Both the position numbers and the translations under genes were made by a program. A DNA stretch of 64,000 bases from contig NC_058368.1 of the NCBI RefSeq assembly GCF_018350175.1, forward strand, positions 69,256,001 through 69,320,000. Reading direction: 5' to 3'. Positions 12,088-25,194 of the stretch are shown here, piece by piece. The notes beneath the pieces were generated by a model. The model searched no databases, was not told the origin of the DNA, and was given only the letters and a program-made list of their open reading frames with translations. Positions within the stretch are counted from its first letter, which is position 1, and the number at the start of each line of letters is the position of its first letter. Origin of the DNA: Felis catus (taxonomy: Eukaryota).

Positions 12088-13404
12088 TAAAACATAAATT
12101 ACTAAATTAAAGTTTCAGACAATTTAGTTTGAGTCACTGATACGCCTTCAGTAGTCTTATGAACTTTGTCTCTCCAAGACTAAAACTGATGTAGAATGAA
12201 GTTCCAAAGAGACCCATTGAACTGCAAATTGTCACTTCTCTGGGAAGTTTAGGTGGCTTTGTAGATGCGACAAGAGGCTGCTCTGCAGAACTCCCTTCTC
12301 TGTGTGCTCAGGACTCGCCTTTTCACAATCAACCACAGGTATTCGTGGGTCCCAGAATCCGCTTTGGATTTGCACTCCAGGGAGAGGAAGGCTAGGGAAG
12401 CTGTCCTCTGCAGGTGTCTGATGGGGGCGGGGGGGGGGGGCACCTCCTAACTGCGGTGACTCCCATTATCCTTTCTGACAAATTGGAATAGTTCCAGATG
12501 GTGTCCTTCCCATTTCTTGGGTAAATTCAACTTCCATCACATCATCCAACAAAGAATAGTTACTACCAGTTCTCCTAATGGAATACGTTTCCCCCATTTG
12601 GGACAAGAAGACCAGGGAAGCTTTTTCCTCGACCTCTGGTGGGCTCATACTCCCCAGCTTTCCTCCCACGTCTGTCAGGTCTGGAAATCTCCCTGCCCCT
12701 CCCTCTGGCCTCACTGCTGCTGCTTCCCACAGTACATGTATCCTGTAACTTCACCGTATGAACTAGAGTCAGAATAATGGTATTTAGAATTCCAGACCGA
12801 CTTGCTGTTAAAAAGGACCTAGGCCTATGCCTGTTGGGAACAAGAATTGCTTTTATAGGCTGCCGTGAATGTATCCATACTGCGTTCATTTAGAATTTCC
12901 AAAGTTAAAAAAAAAAAAATGGAACCTTTCAATAGCTATGACCATAATCATAAAAGTCAGATCACCAGACAAAGGACTGTAATCAAAGAATGGGATTGAT
13001 AAGGTTCCAACACCGCAGAGCCTTTTACACAGCTAAAAGAGTCTGGGCTGAAAAAGAGATATATACATCACCTCTTTCTGTGGGCTTTTCCTTAGACACC
13101 ACCTGGGCAGCTGACCTATTTCACTGTCGGAAACAAGGACATGAGCTCAGATGCGATATTTTTTCAACATCTGTAGGCTTGAAAATAAACAATTTTGAAA
13201 GCCTGCAGCTCAGCACTTGGCATTTGACCAGAACTTTCCCAACTCCCAAAAGCCAAATCTGTTTTTTATTCCACTCTGGAGTGCCTCGTTTATCTTCCTC
13301 AGGAGAAAATAAAAACTAGAGTACTTGGTTCAGAGGATATATAATGGACAGTTAAAATGATCCTGGAATAATAGTTTCTTATGAAAATTGTATCAGGCCT
13401 AAGG

Positions 13405-13564
13405 ATGTGTGTGTGTGTGTATATGTATATACATATATATATACACACACATATATACACACACGTGTGTGTGTATATATGTGTGTGTGTATATATATAT
13501 ATATACATATGTATATATGTGTATATATATGTATATATGTGTATATATATATACACACACACAA

Positions 13565-13598
<34 letters not shown>
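13405..13598. repeat. Compound (TG)/(TA)/(CA) microsatellite
   Basis: ~195 bp of alternating purine-pyrimidine. Confidence 0.95.
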
Positions 13599-13802
13599 GG
13601 GGTGCAGCTGGGTGGCTCAGTCGGTTAAGTGTCTGACTCTTGATTTCAGCTCAGGTCATGATCTCGCGGTTCATGAGTTCAAGCCCCACGTCCGGCTCTG
13701 TGCTGGCAGTGTGGAGCCTGCTTGGGATTCTCTCTCTCCCTCCCTCTCTCTGCCCCTCCCCTGCTTGCACTCACTGTCCCAAAATAAATAAATAAACATC
13801 AA
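13599..13802 (+). mobile_element. Can-SINE
   Basis: Standard head, body and tail. Confidence 0.9.
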
Positions 13803-14477
13803 ATATATGTATATTTTAAAATATGTATATAAATGTTAATCTAGTACCTCAATTTTTATTCTCCCTCATCTCTTTGCTAGTAGATTAATAGACTGTCAGG
13901 TAAGAGAGGATAACACAGCTAACACAGAGAGACAAAAACCACACGTCTTTTAGTAAAATTATTTGCAGAACCCTGAGGATAAATTTCATAATATCATTGA
14001 TATTCATACCTTTATTCGAGAGGGGACAAAAAGATCTGGTGATATAATCTTTATATAAAAAATTCATTTTTTCTTACCATAAAAGTGATAAAAATTGATA
14101 CGGTGCAATCCTTTTAATTAAAAAAAATCTCTACAATGGGAAAAGAACTCAAAATAGTAGTCATATTTATATATGTTGAATTCTAAAAGTACAGACTTAG
14201 ACTGCCCTTGAGTGGTCAGATTTATAATAATCTGGAAAACCCTGTACAATCTGGAATAATCCCTATACAGATTTTTAGAATAAACCCGATACAAATGTCA
14301 ATCATCATGGGATTCAGGGTGACAACAGGTCTGAACCAAGGCCCGTTAATTTTATACATGTACATGTATTATTTTGACCAAAATTTTAAATGCTATTAAC
14401 ATGTTTTCAAGTGTTCAAATCAAAAGTAAACTGTCATTTCCAGGGAGGCCTGCAAAATGCGATTCATAACCACCTCT

Positions 14478-15141
14478 GTCATCTGCTTTGTCTGTGGCAA
14501 AGGCTCTCCTCCGTAAACCTCTGAAAGCATCCCGCTTCCCTTGGCCAGTTCACCTAGGCCTTGGGGGGCATCAAACAGCTGTTCACCTGCTTCAGCTGGT
14601 CCACAGTGCAGCCCAGAGACAAAGCAAGAAGAGCAGAAGCTGTTGTCCCGGGCCACAAAGAGCTGCCAAAAAAGAATGTCCCCAGAGACTACCTCTCCTT
14701 TGAGCAGGTACCAATACCATCACCACCGTGTGAAGAACAAAAAGGCTCACAAAAAGATGACTGCACACGTGTCCGTTCCATTGAGCTAGCTGTCTACCTG
14801 CCCATCTTGTACTGTAATGTGGGAGTTCCCTAGTTCATTTACAGAGGGGAAGGACCAACTAGGATGTGTCTTGTCCATGGAAAGACCTGCACCATTGTCA
14901 CCTTCCCCCAGGTCAAGTTGGAAAATGACAGAGCTCTGGCTAAGCTGGTAGAAGCTCCCAGGGCCAATGACAATGACAGATGTGACAAGATCCACCATCA
15001 TTGGGAGGCAGTAGCAAAAAATCCGAGGCTGCTATTGCCAAGCTGGAAATGCAAAGGCCAGAAATCTTGCCCACCAAACTGGGATACAAGTACATTGTTA
15101 ACTGTTCTGTACAGAAAAATAAAAATTATCCTTCAAAAAAA
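14478..15141 (+). pseudogene. RPL7A: Processed (retro)pseudogene of 60S ribosomal protein L7a, 5'-truncated and frameshifted
   Basis: Collinear peptide blocks in shifting frames match RPL7A: PETKQEEQKLLSRA, VKNKKAH, IELAVYLPILYCNVGVP, LVHGKTCTIVTFPQVKLENDRALAKLVEAPRANDNDRCDKIHHHW, AIAKLE...PTKLG. No introns. RPL7A-like 3'UTR with AATAAA (15118-15123) and an A-tail remnant (15135-15141). Degenerate TSD at 14454-14477 / 15138-15162. Confidence 0.93.
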
Positions 15142-15677
15142 TTCAATCTCATAACGATCTCTACGCTGTCCAAATTCACATAGTACTATACCTAGAATAC
15201 ACAAACTCATGCATGAATACTTGTGGCTGCATGTTGTTTTATTAATTGGATTAATGTGGGTGGTCTGTATTCTCCAGCCAAGGTACAATCTATAATCTTT
15301 CCAAGTTTATGTAATGTCTTTTCTCACTCTATCTTGTATTTTAGTTACTTGATGACTGTCCTATCTCTCCAAACAGACCGCAAGTTTATGGAGGGGAGGA
15401 AGTGTACGTTACTCATCCTTGGACTGAATGGATTTAAGGCTAAGATCAATTTTGTGTTGTTCATAGCATCCAAGTTCCTAGGACAATTCTGTTCACACAG
15501 TAATAGTTTGGAGACAACAAGCAATGCCAAAACATAGTCCCCAGGAACTTGACCATGTGCCCATATGTAGAGCAGATATCAATCTCCCTGCTTCTGGGAT
15601 TACCTCAACACTACAAGTGGTGAATGAGTTAGTAGTTCCAATTCTACAGTGGTTTACAGACTACTTATAAGAGTCCC

Positions 15678-16031
15678 TGTAACACTGGCCTATGCTACAG
15701 TAACAACTAAATGCCAAAATTCCAATGGCCTATCAAAGCAAGAGTTTCTTTCCTATTTATAAAATGTCTCATACAGGTATTCTTGACATGGTGACTTAAT
15801 AATGGCTGCTTCCATCTGTGGCTCCTCCATGTCAAAATGGTGGCCACCAAAGGGAAGAAGATTATGAAACCTATACTTGTTTTTAACCGCTTTAGAGCAA
15901 AAGTGACAAAAATCCCTTCCACTCCAGGTCCATTGGCCTAATGTAGACACATGACCCCAAATCAACCACAAGAAGGCTGAAGACTAGAGGAGTCCGTGGA
16001 ATATTTGGTGAGTATTGCTATCTCTGCCATG
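15678..16031 (-). mobile_element. MaLR LTR (MLT1I/J-like)
   Basis: tatgctacagtaacaac at the left end, ccattggcctaa...cacatgacc inside, tctctgcca at the right end. Confidence 0.65.
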
Positions 16032-16749
16032 TAACTGAATTTTTAAAAAGTGGAACCAGAGGACCAGCCAAGGAACGCCACTTGTGTAGAGAGATGGCTG
16101 TACCAACAAGGTACATGGCAATGGTGTCGTATTCTATTGTATCGAGTCAAGAACTCCACTACTGTTACATTACAATAAGATCCATACTTATGTCACTGAT
16201 TTTACCCATTTTCAAGGAAAGCAAGTCCGATGAGGAAAATATGTTTTCTACTTCATGCAAAGCAATGAGGTATGATGACTTGGCTTGGGAAAAAAGTTCC
16301 TAAAATAATATATCAGGCTCATCTGTTGAGGCCGTCCCTTCTGCTGCAGCTTGCTATTGCCCAGTTTTCTACCTCTTATAATAGTAACCAGCTTTGAAGC
16401 CAAAATAAACCCTCTAGTTGTTCTCCAGAACACCCCATCTGCCTCACCCTTCAACACCAGGAGCACTTCCAGAGCTCTTAATGGCTGTGGCAGTGTATAC
16501 TATAAATCCACGGTCATGTGGCTTCATTCCATCGTGGCTGAAAAGATGTGCCCTCTTCATTACCGTTGCAAGAATACTTAAACTTTTTAATTTCACGCAG
16601 CAATTTTTTTCTCAGATCGCTAGCTTAAAGATCATCTTTAGGATGCTTAAGTGAAAATTGTTGTTTCCCATGTGAAAATTCTCATTCTCTAAAAACACCC
16701 GTTTGGCATCAAAATAATACCAAAAGAGAAAAGTCACAAGAATAAGTTG

Positions 16750-17208
16750 TATATCTATTAACAAATACCTTTATTCTATTCATATGCACACAATAGTTGT
16801 TTCCTTATAACCTTTTTCTTAGTTCATTTCATAGAAAACAAAAAAGAAAGGCAAAGCTCTATTTTTGTAACGGATAAGTAATGTTTTCATAACTTATAAT
16901 TCCAACGCCTTAAAGGCTGTAATGTTCTAAAAATTACACTGATGTTCTCCCAGTATCAGAAAATTTTGAAATACAAAGGTAAAAACATAGTCAGAGAATG
17001 GCATGCAGTCAACTCTGGTTTCTCTCAGTAGTTCCCCTTCGGGATACAAATGGAACTTTTCTTCTAGAATCTCTTCCATGTGTTTTGTGATGGCATCACA
17101 TTCAAATCAAAGAATGAGGGTTGAGAAATGCCAGCAGCTGGCAAAGGCACCAAAAAGAAGTTACTCTCTTCTTGCATTTTACAATCACTCACGTTGGGAA
17201 ATGGTTAC
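16750..17208 (-). other. Candidate terminal exon of an unidentified minus-strand transcript
   Basis: Acceptor gtttatcttgctctgattccag|G at 17209-17210; AATAAA at 16774-16769 followed by a U/GU-rich downstream element; non-repeat sequence. Confidence 0.3.
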
Positions 17209-17270
17209 CTGGAATCAGAGCAAGATAAACACAGGCACACGTATGTGTGTGTCCGCATACACATGTGTAT

Positions 17271-17271
<1 letters not shown>

Positions 17272-17310
<39 letters not shown>
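17272..17310. repeat. (CA)n microsatellite
   Basis: Direct observation. Confidence 0.95.
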
Positions 17311-17313
<3 letters not shown>

Positions 17314-17375
17314 TTTAACAACATGTATACCGTACAGAAAATGTGATCTCTTGTCTTTTTACTGGATCTACTCAC

Positions 17376-18236
17376 TGTATCAGTTCAGATGCTTCTGCAT
17401 GGGATTTGAAGAAAACAGAATCCATATTGTCCTAACCAGAGAAATGAACTGACTCATGTAATTGTAAGTCTAGAGCCGTACTTCACACACTATGTATGGA
17501 GAAGGATAGTCATTGATTGTTTCAATTCAATGCAGATTGCCCCCATGGTTCTAGTGCATAAGACCTGTACACAATTGCACTACTTAACAACTCATGCCTT
17601 TGTTGAACGGCATTCAAACTGCCCTACAGCCTGTTCAACTACACGGGTCTACTGGTCACACACTTAGATGTCTTGGCCATGCCAATCACTACAAAAGCTT
17701 CTAAACACCGGTCTCAGTTTCTGTGCTTATATCATCACAAAAAGGTAACAACAGTTCACCCTTCGGCTTGAGTAGCACTGGTCTGGACATAGGTAGGCAG
17801 CAGTGATTCTCATTCCATCTTCCCAACACTCTCTAGGCTGCCCTCCTCTGTGCTCCAGCTGCCTTTGGGGGCTGGCATAGAGATGTATGCCGTGGTTCCA
17901 GTCTATGTATGACAATATACAGAAGGGAGACAGGGTCCCTTCCAAGGTATACACAAGAAATCAAAGAACTCTCCCAGGAGGCCCTGGCAAAATTTTCCAC
18001 ACATTTCGTTGTCCTTAGTGGACTCACGTTCCTGTTCCTGAATCTGTCACAGGCAAGTAAGAAGAGATTACTCTTGCAGGAATTCAGCCCACTCCTGGAG
18101 CTGGGGATGGGGTTCCATTCTTGGGGTACATGGGTTGCATAAGAGAAATAGTCTATGAGAAATAAAATTAGGTTTATGTGGTAAAAGTGATAAGGAGGAA
18201 TGGATGTTTGATAGGCAATCAACAATGTTGGAAACA
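17376..18236 (-). mobile_element. MaLR LTR (MLT1J/K-like), probably interrupted at ~17480-17710
   Basis: tgtatcagttcagatgctt... at the left end; ggagctggggatgggg...ggatgtttgataggcaatcaacaatg at the right end. Confidence 0.55.
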
Positions 18237-18572
18237 TTTAAGCTAGGCTATTTGCATAAGTGATAGTCAAGTGAAGGATATTATTAAATAGTCATTAATT
18301 TAGTAGCTATGCATTGAGCTTGGGCAAGCGAGAGATTGACTTACCCTAAAATTCCAATCACCTGGGGAAGGGACCCTGTTGACTCAACTTTCTCCAAACA
18401 TCTCTGGCCAAAAGATAGGGTTTCATAGAAAAAAAAATCTGACTGCTTAAGAGAGAAGGTATTTGAAGGAATGGTGTGGGGGGAAAAGGTTGCCTTTCAG
18501 GATTTGGGGGAGGGAAGTTCCAAAGGAATTGGGAATCATGTGACCTGGGCAATGTCACAGAAAATGTCTCCT

Positions 18573-18777
18573 GGGGTTCCTGGGTGGTAAAGCTTTGGTA
18601 AAGCGTCTGGCTCTTGATTTCGGCTCAGGTCATAATCTCACAGTTCGTGAGTTCAAGCCAGCATCAGGTTCTGTGCTCATAGCACAGAGCCTGTTTGGGA
18701 TTCTCACCCCCCCTCTCTCTCTCACTGCCCCTCCCCAACTCGCACTCTCTGTCTCAAAATAAATAAACTTAAAAAAA
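18573..18777 (+). mobile_element. Can-SINE
   Basis: TSD aaaa(g)tgtctcct. Confidence 0.9.
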
Positions 18778-18789
18778 GTGTCTCCTACA

Positions 18790-19400
18790 ATAATTTATAA
18801 ACTAACTCTGTAACTCCCCATTTCTCAACTTCCTTCCAAAAAGTACAGTATGGAAAAGGAGGGGAAAAGAGAGTAACTTTAGAAAAGACAAACCTAACAA
18901 ACACTCCTCAGCCAGATGATCAAGGTCAACATCAACAGTCATAAATAATGTTAATTAGTGGGTAACCTTAATATGATGTGATGAAAATGGTGCTTTATGG
19001 TGGTGACCTCCTTCCCTAAATCTTCTCTAATCATGAGAAAAAATGTTAGACAAATTCCAATAAAGGGGCATCCTACAAAATATCGGTACTCTTCAAAACT
19101 ATCAAGGTCGTGAAAAATAAGTAAAGTATGGTCACAACCAAGAGGCACCTAAGGAGATAAGACAAATAAATGTAATGTGGTATCCTGAATGTGATTCTGG
19201 ACCAGGGAAAAAAAATCATCAGATAAAAACTGAGGAAATCTGAATAAAGTATGGACTTCAGTTAATAATTTATCAACATTGGTGCATCAACTATAATAGA
19301 GGCACCATACAAATGTAAGGTGTTAATAGTAGGGCAGGGGGAGATGGGAACTCTTACCTGTCCAAATTTTCTGTAAAAAGTAAAGTCTTTTAATTTTTTT
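18790..19400 (+). mobile_element. L1MC-type 3' UTR
   Basis: gatcaaggtcaacatcaacagt...aaatgtaatgtggtatcctg...gaaatctgaataaagtatggactt. Confidence 0.8.
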
Positions 19401-19502
19401 TAAGTTCTTGCTACTCAATAAATGACTAAAAAAAAATAAATAACCCTAAAAGGCATATCGCAAAAGAGTTTATCTAAAGTAGCCATTGAAATATTAAAAT
19501 GT

Positions 19503-19624
19503 GGGGTGCTTGGATGGCTCAGTTGGTTGAGTGTCTGACTCTTGATTTCAGCTCAGGTCATGATCTCAGCATCATGTGATCAAGGCCCATGTCAGCCTCC
19601 GTACTGAGTGGGGAGCCTGCTTAG

Positions 19625-19665
<41 letters not shown>

Positions 19666-19697
19666 CCTCCATCTGTCCTTCTCCCCAACTTGTTTTG

Positions 19698-19753
<56 letters not shown>
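19503..19753 (+). mobile_element. Can-SINE with (CT)n and (TA)n tail
   Basis: Standard head; tail converted to (TA)n. Confidence 0.9.
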
Positions 19754-19763
<10 letters not shown>

Positions 19764-19764
19764 C

Positions 19765-20500
19765 CACCCAAATGTAGAAATTTAAGACTGTCAATTTCAA
19801 GTGTCAATGAAGATATAGAGAAATTAGAACTCTATACACCTCTGCCGATGAGACCATGAAGTGGTGCGACCACTTTGGAAAACTCTTTGTCAGTATTCAT
19901 TAAGACTGAACCTACATATCCCCTAGGACCCTGAAATTCCACTCCTGTGTGTGTGCGCATGTCTTTGTATGTACGTATCCAGCAAAATACACGTGCGCAC
20001 CAAAAGGTAGATACAAAGTGTCTGTAAACATATTCAACCTAAAAAAATAGAAATTACCCAAAAGTCCATCAATGGTAGAATCGATGAATAAAACTATTGT
20101 ATGCAAATCACAGCATCGAGCAATGAAGCACAACGCAGTGATAAAAATGAACAAACTACTGCTACACATACAAGATTGAAAAATCTCATAAATGTCATGT
20201 TGAGTAACAGAAATCAGGCCCAAAAGAATAATTATATATTATTGGAAATATGTAATTCCAATCATTGAAAACAGGCAAAACTAATCCATGGTGACAGAAG
20301 TCAGGGCCGTGGCTACATTTCAGTAGTGGCTGACTGAGAGGGGCTCAAAGGGGGCTTCTAGGCTGTGATGATGTTCTGTTTCTCAATCTGAGTAGCGATC
20401 GCACGCATTTGCTCACTTTATGAAAATGTACCAAATTGTATACTTTGGTGCACTTTTCTGTATGTGTGTTGTACCTCAGTAAGGAAGGTTGTTTTAAAAA
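19765..20500 (+). mobile_element. L1ME-type 3' end
   Basis: ccactttggaaaact...attccactcct...acaggcaaaactaatccatggtgacagaagtcagg. Confidence 0.8.
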
Positions 20501-20509
20501 TAATCATAA

Positions 20510-20945
20510 TAAAATGCCCAGCAGTGGATGGATGGATAAGCAAAACGTGGTATATACATATAATGGGATATCGTTCAGCCTTAGAAAGGAAAGAAATTCT
20601 GACACATTATGAACCTTGAAGACATTATGCTCTGTGAAATAAAACAGACACAAAAGGACCGATATTGTATGATTCTGTTTACATGAGGTACCTAGAATAG
20701 TCAAATTCATAGAGACACAAAGTCAAATAGACAGTAGTAGAACAGTAGCCTGAGGGCTCAGCAGAAGAGTGGAAATGAGAAGTTAGCGTTTAATGGTACA
20801 GAGTTTCAGTCTGGGAGAATGAAAGGGTTCTGGAGACAGAGGGTAGTGACGGTTACACAACAATATAAATGTACTTAATGCCACAGACCTGCACTCTTAA
20901 GATGGTTAAAATGGTAAATTTTATGTATATTTGACCATCGTAAAA
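20510..20945 (+). mobile_element. L1MB-type 3' end
   Basis: ggataagcaaaacgtggtatatacatataatgg...gaggtacctagaatagtcaaattcatagagac. Confidence 0.85.
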
Positions 20946-21260
20946 GTAATCATAGCGAAGTATGGTATATGTCATAGTGATGACATTTCTCGGTAATGAT
21001 AGGTCTTCTAAGTATCAGACGTGTTCTCTCTTCTCCAGAAACTCTAATACGTATTGGGTATTAATAACAATATAGTGTGACTCTAAGTAAAGGTTCAGGA
21101 AGTAGTCAAGACTAGGGAAACTTTCCAGAAGAAGTATAACTTGAAATCCTTCTAAAAGAAAAAGGAGAATCTGGCTGAGAGGAAGTGTGGGCGACATTTG
21201 ATCCAACACCATTCCAGGAGGAACTAGGTTTCTAACTGATTTTGGATTTGAATCTGCTGG

Positions 21261-21407
21261 TGTTGGATACTAGCGGAGAGCTGGTTCACTAACTCTGATG
21301 AACCTTGCAGTGGCCCACCACCCTGCCCACACCTTTGTAAGTAAACTTCCCTGAATTACCCACCTTTGAATGAGCCACCTGTGTCCTGTTGCGACCCTGA
21401 CTGACAC
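21261..21407 (+). mobile_element. LTR33-like 3' portion
   Basis: ccctgcccacacctttgtaa...tttgaatgagccacctgtgtcctgttgcgaccctgactgacaca. Confidence 0.65.
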
Positions 21408-21543
21408 ATGGAATCAAATGACAAGCCACCAGATTTGGAGTCAGCCTTGGGCAAAATTAAAAAGGCCATTACAGGTCACATGATACTTGGTGGGCAGACC
21501 TGGAAAAAACAATATGCTGACATACAATTTGCAAGCTCCAAAA

Positions 21544-21677
21544 GGTGCTGGTTATTACCCTTCTTGGTAGGACGAGAAGACAGAGATAGTCAATATAGGT
21601 CAGCCATTCAGAGCGGAGAGCAGGACGGGAAAGGGAGGAAGTGGATCCAGAAGGGCGAAGGGAAGCTATCCGGCACA
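21544..21677 (-). mobile_element. LTR33-like 5' portion
   Basis: Reverse complement tgtgccggatagcttcccttcgcccttctggatccacttcctccctttccc...ggctgacctata. Confidence 0.65.
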
Positions 21678-21709
21678 TTCTACAAGAACAACACTACGGA
21701 AGACTGAGC

Positions 21710-22220
21710 TGTGTCACTTATGATACTCGTGGCTGTAAGAAAGAGTAGACCCCGTTAATAGACATTTAAAGAAGAGATTTATTATTTCACGGTAAGTCCA
21801 GAAGAAAGGCGGTTTCAAAGCCAGGTAAATCCATGACTCCCCCATGTCCCTAAAAGCACGGGGCTTTCCATCTCACTGGCGTGAAAACAAAGTCTCCTTT
21901 CTGGACCACAAGATGGCTGCAGATATTCCGGGTGTGACACATCCACCCAACAACATGTAGTCAAGAATAAGAGCGGTTTGCTCCCAACGTTTGCTTTGTT
22001 TTAGTGAAGACTAAACTCTCTAAAAAGAATACCCCTCAGATCTCATCAGCCAGAATTCAGGCCTAAACTCTTCCCTAGCAATGTAAGTGAGACTGTCACT
22101 TCAGTTCATCATGATTGGCCTCTAGGATTAGGAAGGAGCCATAAATTCAGGGCTCTGTCCAAAAAAAAGCAAAAACCAAAAAAAAGGGTGAAAATTTCTG
22201 AGGGGTGATATCCAACATGC
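21710..22220 (-). mobile_element. MaLR LTR (MLT1K-like)
   Basis: ggctgtaagaaagag...cacaagatggctgcag...cctcagatctcatcagccagaatt. Confidence 0.55.
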
Positions 22221-22267
22221 TCAAGGGAGGATAATATAACACTCTTTTCTCAAAAGATGGGCTTCCT

Positions 22268-22495
22268 GGGGCGCCTGGGTGGCTCAGTCGGTTGAGCAAC
22301 CGACTTCGGCTCAGGTCATGATCTCACGGTTTGTGAGTTTGAGCCCCGCATCGGGCTCTGTGCTGACAGCTCAGAGCCTGGAGCCTGTTTCGGATTCTGT
22401 GTCTCCCTTTCTCTCTGCTCCTTACCTGGTCGTGCTCTGTCTCTCTCTGTCTCTCTCAAAAATAAATAAACATTAAAAAAAAAAAATTTTTTTAA
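22268..22495 (+). mobile_element. SINEC_Fc
   Basis: TSD aaaagatgggcttcct. Confidence 0.92.
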
Positions 22496-24266
22496 AAAGA
22501 TGGGCTTCCTCCTAGCTTCTCCCTTCTTGCCCCAAGATAGGTCCCCAAAGTCAAGGTAAAACTTTTCAGTGACCATAAGATTAGAAATTTCTCTTCCTCT
22601 GTGCATCCCTACCTTTCATAAAGTGCCTTATGGGGCTTTTTACTTAATCTTCTCCTTCTTTCACTCACGCATTCAACGAGCATTTGTTGGGAACTTGTGT
22701 TCAACTTCAGGAACATAACAGAAAGTAAGACAAAGTCCCCGAATTCTAGGAGCTCACAAGCGATGTCAAGAGAGTGACCCAAAGAAGTGTCAGCGTACAG
22801 AGGAGAGGCAGGTGTTTACAGTCAGACAATAAACAAAGGTGGTCAGGAGCTACCTGCCACTCCGGAGAGCTGGGTGGGCATTGGCTGTCAGCAAAAGGAA
22901 GCCCCTAGGAGACAGTTGCTTAAGACTTATTTTAGACTCCAACATAAGAAGGGAGAAGCAAAGATCTCATGAGGGTGAGAAAGTGGCAAGGAAGCGGGAT
23001 AAAGCTCCTTTAGACAAAGATTGTGTGGTGGACAGAAGCCGTCCCTGAACTGTATCTCAGGAAGCTGAGTGGAGAGGTGTTGACTCATGCAGGACACCCC
23101 CTCCACCAAGGCAGGGAGAAGCATGGCAGGACATCCCGGCCAAGGGACACCACAGGAGCTAAGGCCCAGAAGGGGGAAACCCAAAGCTAAATGCATACAC
23201 CTGTGAGATTAGCCTCCCTTGGCGTAGAAGCCTGCGGTTACAGAATAGAGGAAACTGTGATCTAGAACGACCCTACATGCAATTCGTTCATAAATGAGCG
23301 ATGCTAATAATGACTGTAAACATGACGATGATGATGGTGGTGGTGGTGACCCGGATAGTGAGTCTGATGAGTGACTGGTCAGCTTTTAAGGCGGCAAGGT
23401 TAGTGTAGGAATTCCCTTGAGTACTCTGACAGTGCCACCTACAGGGAAACTTGGGAAAGACGTGACCCTTTTAATCCACCCATAAATCCTGAAGACCTGA
23501 TTGATGCTTTCTGAACAGGATGTTGTTAAATACTAAGCTAAGGATTTGCAACTGGATTTTCACCCATACCAACATGAGCACTATATCCTGTTCGAAATGT
23601 TCCCACTTCAGAAAGTCGCACCACCCCACAAGTTAATGAGCTTTTCTATACATAGTTTCTTCCAGTGTATAATTACTGGCCTGGCTTTATATTATTTTAG
23701 GATAGTGTCAGCAGCTAATTGTGGTACAGTCTGAATGCTCTGAAATGAGCTTCGGCTGAGTATGAGAATAGCTCAGCAAATTTAGGGCTGTGTGTGCATC
23801 GTTTTTAAAGTCTATTGTTTAGTAGGACACTGAACATGGCAAACTAATGATGGAGTCCAATTCAAAGGGCAAGAGACTATAGGATATGACCTGCCTCACA
23901 TTTCACTTTGAACTTGCTAAACCACTTGTTCCTCAGTACCTACTTAGCACACTCAAATACCACTGGACTCTAGGTTGGTCTGAGTGTGCAGGGAATCCTT
24001 GGGTCTTGGCATTGCTGAGTCCCTAGAACTACTGCAGGCTCCAGCCTAGAAGGGGACACGCATTCCCCACCTTTTCATTCTCCTGGAGGCAAACATATGG
24101 GAGGAATACCTCTGGCCTCTTTTGTCTTTCTTACATACTATTCCCTTATGTACTAGGTTATCGGAGCAGAGTATCTGATGGATGAGTTTAGGAGAAGGAA
24201 TGAACATTACTGACTCAGCCACTTTTATTCACTCTTTCCGTATATTCCCTCCTCTTGTTATCCTTC

Positions 24267-24827
24267 TGTGGTAAGCAGCTTCCAAAATGGCCCCCTAGTT
24301 TCCCACCTCATGGTATCACTCCCTTGTACCACCCCCACTCCTTTACTATAACTAGTGAGTTGCTTCTAGGGAGGAGAATATGGCAAAAAGTGACAGGATA
24401 TCAATTCCCAGATCAGATTATAAAAACCTATGACCACCATCTTGCTTATATTCTTTCTTGCTTTCTTGGCTTGCTTGTCTCAATGAAGCAAGCTGCTGTG
24501 TCGGAGAGGCCCAAGCGGTAAGGAGCTGAGGTTAGCCTCTGGCCAACCGTTAGCATAAAACTGATGCTTCCTGCCAACAGTCCGCTAGGAACTGAGTCCT
24601 ACCAACAACGACACGAGTCAGCTTGAAAGGGGCTCTTTCTCTACTTGAGCCCTGACATAACTGCAGCCCTGACCGATACTTTGCTTGCAGCCTGTAGAGA
24701 TCCTGAAGCAGAGGAGCTGGCTAAGCCTTCCCAGCTTCCTGAGCCACAGAATTTGTGAGCTAACAAATGTGTGTCAAACAATTACGTTGTGGAATAATTT
24801 GTTACACAGCGATTGTTAACTAATATA
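24267..24827 (+). mobile_element. MaLR solo LTR (MLT1E/F-like)
   Basis: tgtggtaagcagcttccaaaatggccccc ... aatttgttacacagcgattgttaactaatata. Confidence 0.85.
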
Positions 24828-25194
24828 TTTTCCTCGGCCATTCACCATTGGTCAAAGCCTTTTGTAGGTAATTTAAATAAAAACAGAGACCGGCCTGACT
24901 CATACAAATTAAGGATAGTTTATGGAAACATAGCATCTACCCCACCATGCTAGGCAGGCAATGTCCTGGTTTAAACCTAGCTCAAAAAAAAGAAAAAAAA
25001 AAAAAAAGTTCATGCTGGTATCAGATTCCAATATTCCCATATCTTCTCTCTAATCTTTTCTGAATATTGTCTTCGCTGTCACACGCAAAACGTATTTCAA
25101 TACAAGAGTGTGAGGCAAGAGGGAGAGCAATAGCTGCTTAACGTCCCTCTACCTACCCACAAACCATCCCTCCATCCCTGACTTTCCAGAATTA

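Noticed and set aside
13299..13791. Overlapping ORFs rich in Y/I/C/V/H/T
   Set aside because: Translations of a dinucleotide microsatellite plus a SINE.
17003..17452. 149-aa + strand ORF
   Set aside because: Runs through (CA)n and into an LTR; no homology recognised.
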